Positions 25,018 through 27,486 of a stretch of DNA of 27,486 bases are shown piece after piece (the stretch's first letter is position 1; every line of letters starts with the position of its first letter). The notes under the pieces were generated by a model that was not told the origin of the DNA, searched no databases, and was given only the letters and a program-made list of their open reading frames with translations. The stretch is taken from the IMG/VR virus record IMGVR_UViG_3300038450_000048, positions 1 to 27,486 of that record; one strand, given 5' to 3'. Both the position numbers and the translations under genes were made by a program. The DNA comes from a virus (lineage: Duplodnaviria > Caudoviricetes).

Positions 25018-26027
25018 CACTTAGAGAAAAACTACATGCGGTGTACCAGAACATTGACTTCATTGAAAAGACCGGTTCAAACAGCCTGAAGTACGACTTT
25101 CTACAGGCTGTGAATGTGGTTCGGGCGGTGCGAAAGCAACTCATTGAACTGAAGGTCTACGCTGAGATCAATTTTGACTTCGTTGGCGACACCTACACCA
25201 TTGCCCGAGAGAAAGCCCCAACCGCTCCGTTCTCGGCAGTGCGAGTCAAGTGCTCCATCATTTTTCACGATTTGGAGTCCTTTGAAACTTCAACGGCCAG
25301 CGGGCTAGGCACCAGTGCTGACACCGGCGACAAAGCGGGGTACAAGGCTCAAACGGGGGCTCTCAAATACGCCCTGAAGAATGCCTTCCTGATTCCCGAC
25401 GAGGCAGACCCCGAAGCCGACGAAACCGTGGATGAGAACGAGAGACCGCACCGACCAGCCCCTCAGGAGGCTATGCCTGACTTTCAGGACGCCCAGCGGG
25501 GCGAGGCAGCCCCCAGACCGACTCCGAAGCCCAAGGCGGCTGCTGAACGCCCTACGCAAGCCCCAGAGGTCAGCAAGCCCGTAATGACGCAGACTACGTC
25601 ATCGACCTCTGCGGCTTTCGCGACGGTTTCTGCTCCGACTGCGGCAGAGATACCGACGACTCTGGCTGCCCCTGCTGCGGCACCGGCGTCTATGCGTGAG
25701 CCCGGGGACGAGGATTCAGCGGATGAGGTTCTACCGACCGAGGCTGAAATGGTTGAAATTCGTAAGAAGTGGAAAGCATTCGGCGACGACATGACAGACC
25801 CGAATAAGGGCAACCTGAAGTCCAGCGGGAAACTCCCGGTGAACCGAAAGACGCTGGTCTTCTTGCTCCAGACGACGAAGGCTCTTGACTCGGGGAAAAT
25901 CACCAAGGCGGGATGGGACTCTTTTTTCCGGCGGGTTGATGCAGCCGTTCAACTTGAAAATGGCTGGGTCGGACTTGCCAAACTCATCAACAAGGCAAAC
26001 GGCATCGAAACGAAAGTAAATAGTTGA
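25014..26027 (+). CDS. ERF-family single-strand annealing protein
   Basis: IEKTG.N..KYDF, GTSADTGDKAGYKAQTGALKYALKNAFLIP..DPE; Pro/Ala-rich linker. Confidence 0.85.
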   Translation: MTLREKLHAVYQNIDFIEKTGSNSLKYDFLQAVNVVRAVRKQLIELKVYAEINFDFVGDTYTIAREKAPTAPFSAVRVKCSIIFHDLESFETSTASGLGTSADTGDKAGYKAQTGALKYALKNAFLIPDEADPEADETVDENERPHRPAPQEAMPDFQDAQRGEAAPRPTPKPKAAAERPTQAPEVSKPVMTQTTSSTSAAFATVSAPTAAEIPTTLAAPAAAPASMREPGDEDSADEVLPTEAEMVEIRKKWKAFGDDMTDPNKGNLKSSGKLPVNRKTLVFLLQTTKALDSGKITKAGWDSFFRRVDAAVQLENGWVGLAKLINKANGIETKVNS

Positions 26028-26052
26028 CTTTTGATTGCAACGGGCGTATCCT
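26024..26052 (+). promoter_or_regulatory. Sigma70 promoter, probably leaderless
   Basis: TTGACT-N17-TATCCT; ATG 26059 is 6 nt downstream. Confidence 0.6.
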
Positions 26053-26058
26053 GTTAGG

Positions 26059-26475
26059 ATGAAAACATGCAACCGCTGCGGCAAAGAAAAAGAACTATCA
26101 GAATTTTGCAGGGTCACAAGCTACAAGGATGGATTGAACTGCCATTGTCGCCAGTGCGCCCATGTACTCCACGAGAAGTACAAAGCGAGTCAGCGTAATC
26201 GCTTTTTGATGGTTCATTATGGAATTACTCAAGTTCAGTTCGACGAGATGGAAAGACAACAAAATCACCGATGCGCTATTTGTGGCACAGGCGACCCCGG
26301 TAACACGGGTTGTAGCAGATTTCGGCGAAGCGTTTGGCATGTAGACCACGACCATCAACGTAAAGTTGTACGAGGCTTGCTGTGTCATCTTTGTAATCGT
26401 ATGCTGGGTTTAGCTAAAGACAACCCAGAAGTTCTAGAAAAAGCCAGTGAGTATCTCAAGGAGAAATCAAAATGA
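26059..26475 (+). CDS. Endonuclease VII-like homing endonuclease with an N-terminal Zn finger
   Basis: MKTCNRC...CRQC; YGIT...CAICG...VDHDH...VRGLLCHLCNRMLG. Confidence 0.9.
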   Translation: MKTCNRCGKEKELSEFCRVTSYKDGLNCHCRQCAHVLHEKYKASQRNRFLMVHYGITQVQFDEMERQQNHRCAICGTGDPGNTGCSRFRRSVWHVDHDHQRKVVRGLLCHLCNRMLGLAKDNPEVLEKASEYLKEKSK

Positions 26476-26936
26476 GCGCAAGCGTAAATAAAGTCACCCT
26501 CATCGGTCGGTTGGGCAGGGACCCCGAGGTTCGATACACATCGAGCAATCAGGCGGTGTCGAACTTCACGCTCGCCACGGACGAGTCCTACAAGGACCGC
26601 TCCGGCGAGAAGGTCAAGAGAACCGAATGGCACAACATCGTCGTGTGGGGCAAGGCGGTTGAAAGTTTCGTTCAGCCGTACATCCACAAGGGCGACATGG
26701 TCTACATCGAGGGTCGATTGCAGACCCGCCAGTGGGAAGACAAGCAGGGCGTCACGAAGTACACGACCGAAATTGTCGTGGACGACATCCGAGGCTTGGT
26801 GACCAGCGGCAACGGCGATGCGAAGCCTGCGGCGAAGACCACGAAGCCTGCGACGACGAAGCGGGCAGCGGCTCCGGCGACGCAGGAACCCGAGGACTTC
26901 AACGGGCAAATTGATGATAGCGACATCCCCTTCTGA
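26472..26936 (+). CDS. ssb: Single-stranded DNA-binding protein
   Basis: VNKVTLIGRLGRDPE, TEWH, EGRLQTR and acidic tail DDSDIPF. Confidence 0.97.
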   Translation: MSASVNKVTLIGRLGRDPEVRYTSSNQAVSNFTLATDESYKDRSGEKVKRTEWHNIVVWGKAVESFVQPYIHKGDMVYIEGRLQTRQWEDKQGVTKYTTEIVVDDIRGLVTSGNGDAKPAAKTTKPATTKRAAAPATQEPEDFNGQIDDSDIPF

Positions 26937-26947
26937 TTCCTTTTTAG

Positions 26948-26975
26948 TTGACTTTGGGCGGAATGGGAGTATACT
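26948..26975 (+). promoter_or_regulatory. Sigma70 promoter, probably leaderless
   Basis: TTGACT-N16-TATACT; ATG 26982 is 6 nt downstream. Confidence 0.55.
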
Positions 26976-26981
26976 GGGTGC

Positions 26982-27485
26982 ATGAAAACTTGCTTCAAGT
27001 GCGGAGTTCCAAAGGAACTGGACGAGTTTTACAAGCACCCGCAGATGGCGGACGGGCATCTAGGCAAATGCATTGAGTGTGCCAAGGCTGACGTTCTTCG
27101 CCATCGGGAACTGAATCTGGCGGCAGTCCAAGCGTATGACCGTGAACGGGGGAAACTTCCCCATCGGCTGGCGAATGTACGGGCGTATCACAAAGCACAT
27201 CCCGCTACTATCGCCAAGGCACACCGGCGGTATGAAGAAAAATACCCTGAACGATACGCAGCCAAAAACACAGTTAGTAACGCCATCCGTGACGGGAAAC
27301 TGGTGAAGCAGCCATGCGAAGTTTGCGGCAGCAAGAAAACAGAAGCACACCACGACGACTATACCAAACCGCTGGAAGTGCGATGGCTGTGCAACCAACA
27401 CCACAAGACGGCGGATGCAGAAAGACGGTCGCATGAACGTCCTTCGATACATGTGGATAGGATTCTGTCAGGGCGTTGGAGTTGA
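26982..27485 (+). CDS. HNH-type endonuclease with an N-terminal Zn finger
   Basis: MKTCFKC...KCIEC; PCEVCG...AHHDDY.KPLEVRWLCNQHH. Confidence 0.85.
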   Translation: MKTCFKCGVPKELDEFYKHPQMADGHLGKCIECAKADVLRHRELNLAAVQAYDRERGKLPHRLANVRAYHKAHPATIAKAHRRYEEKYPERYAAKNTVSNAIRDGKLVKQPCEVCGSKKTEAHHDDYTKPLEVRWLCNQHHKTADAERRSHERPSIHVDRILSGRWS

Positions 27486-27486
27486 G

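Noticed and set aside
18935-26936. Host assignment (RecA and SSB look Acidobacteria-like by impression)
   Set aside because: Cannot be supported without a phylogeny or database search.
19775-27059. Long antisense ORFs such as 19775-20554 and 26385-27059
   Set aside because: Shadows of recA and ssb caused by codon bias; no recognisable motifs.
1-27486. Alternative genetic code, tRNAs, integrase/att sites, group I introns
   Set aside because: Core genes are intact under code 11 with all three stop codons used. I saw no cloverleaf, integrase or intron-split gene.

Overview
A 27.5-kb piece of a tailed dsDNA bacteriophage genome, almost all on the + strand. Left arm: end of a probable portal gene, a probable scaffold, an N4-gp56-type major capsid protein, a probable decoration protein, a trypsin-like protease, a histidine phosphatase and a 2159-aa polyvalent protein (GNAT, radical SAM, M41-like zincin, an unknown domain, a SAM-lyase-like domain and a glycosylase-like domain). 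Right arm: intein-containing RecA, dATP/dGTP diphosphohydrolase, deoxyribosyltransferase-like protein, family A DNA polymerase, ERF and SSB. Five free-standing GIY-YIG/EndoVII/HNH nucleases are scattered through the window. The two most notable signals are: (1) a locus at 16979-18919 where three strictly phased (GGC-NN)12-13 arrays flank a RAMP/Cas7-like gene and a metallophosphoesterase, which looks like an RNA-guided system with a discontinuous dinucleotide code (VIPR-like); (2) three small genes, each with its own ribosome-binding site, nested in the +1 frame of the giant polyvalent gene at the end of a putative enzymatic domain, which suggests built-in antidote genes. Also seen are a GTAC-N4-GTAC palindrome in four promoter regions and a TGACTA-N5-GCCATAA motif upstream of head-module genes. 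All family calls come from motif recognition by eye, not database searches.
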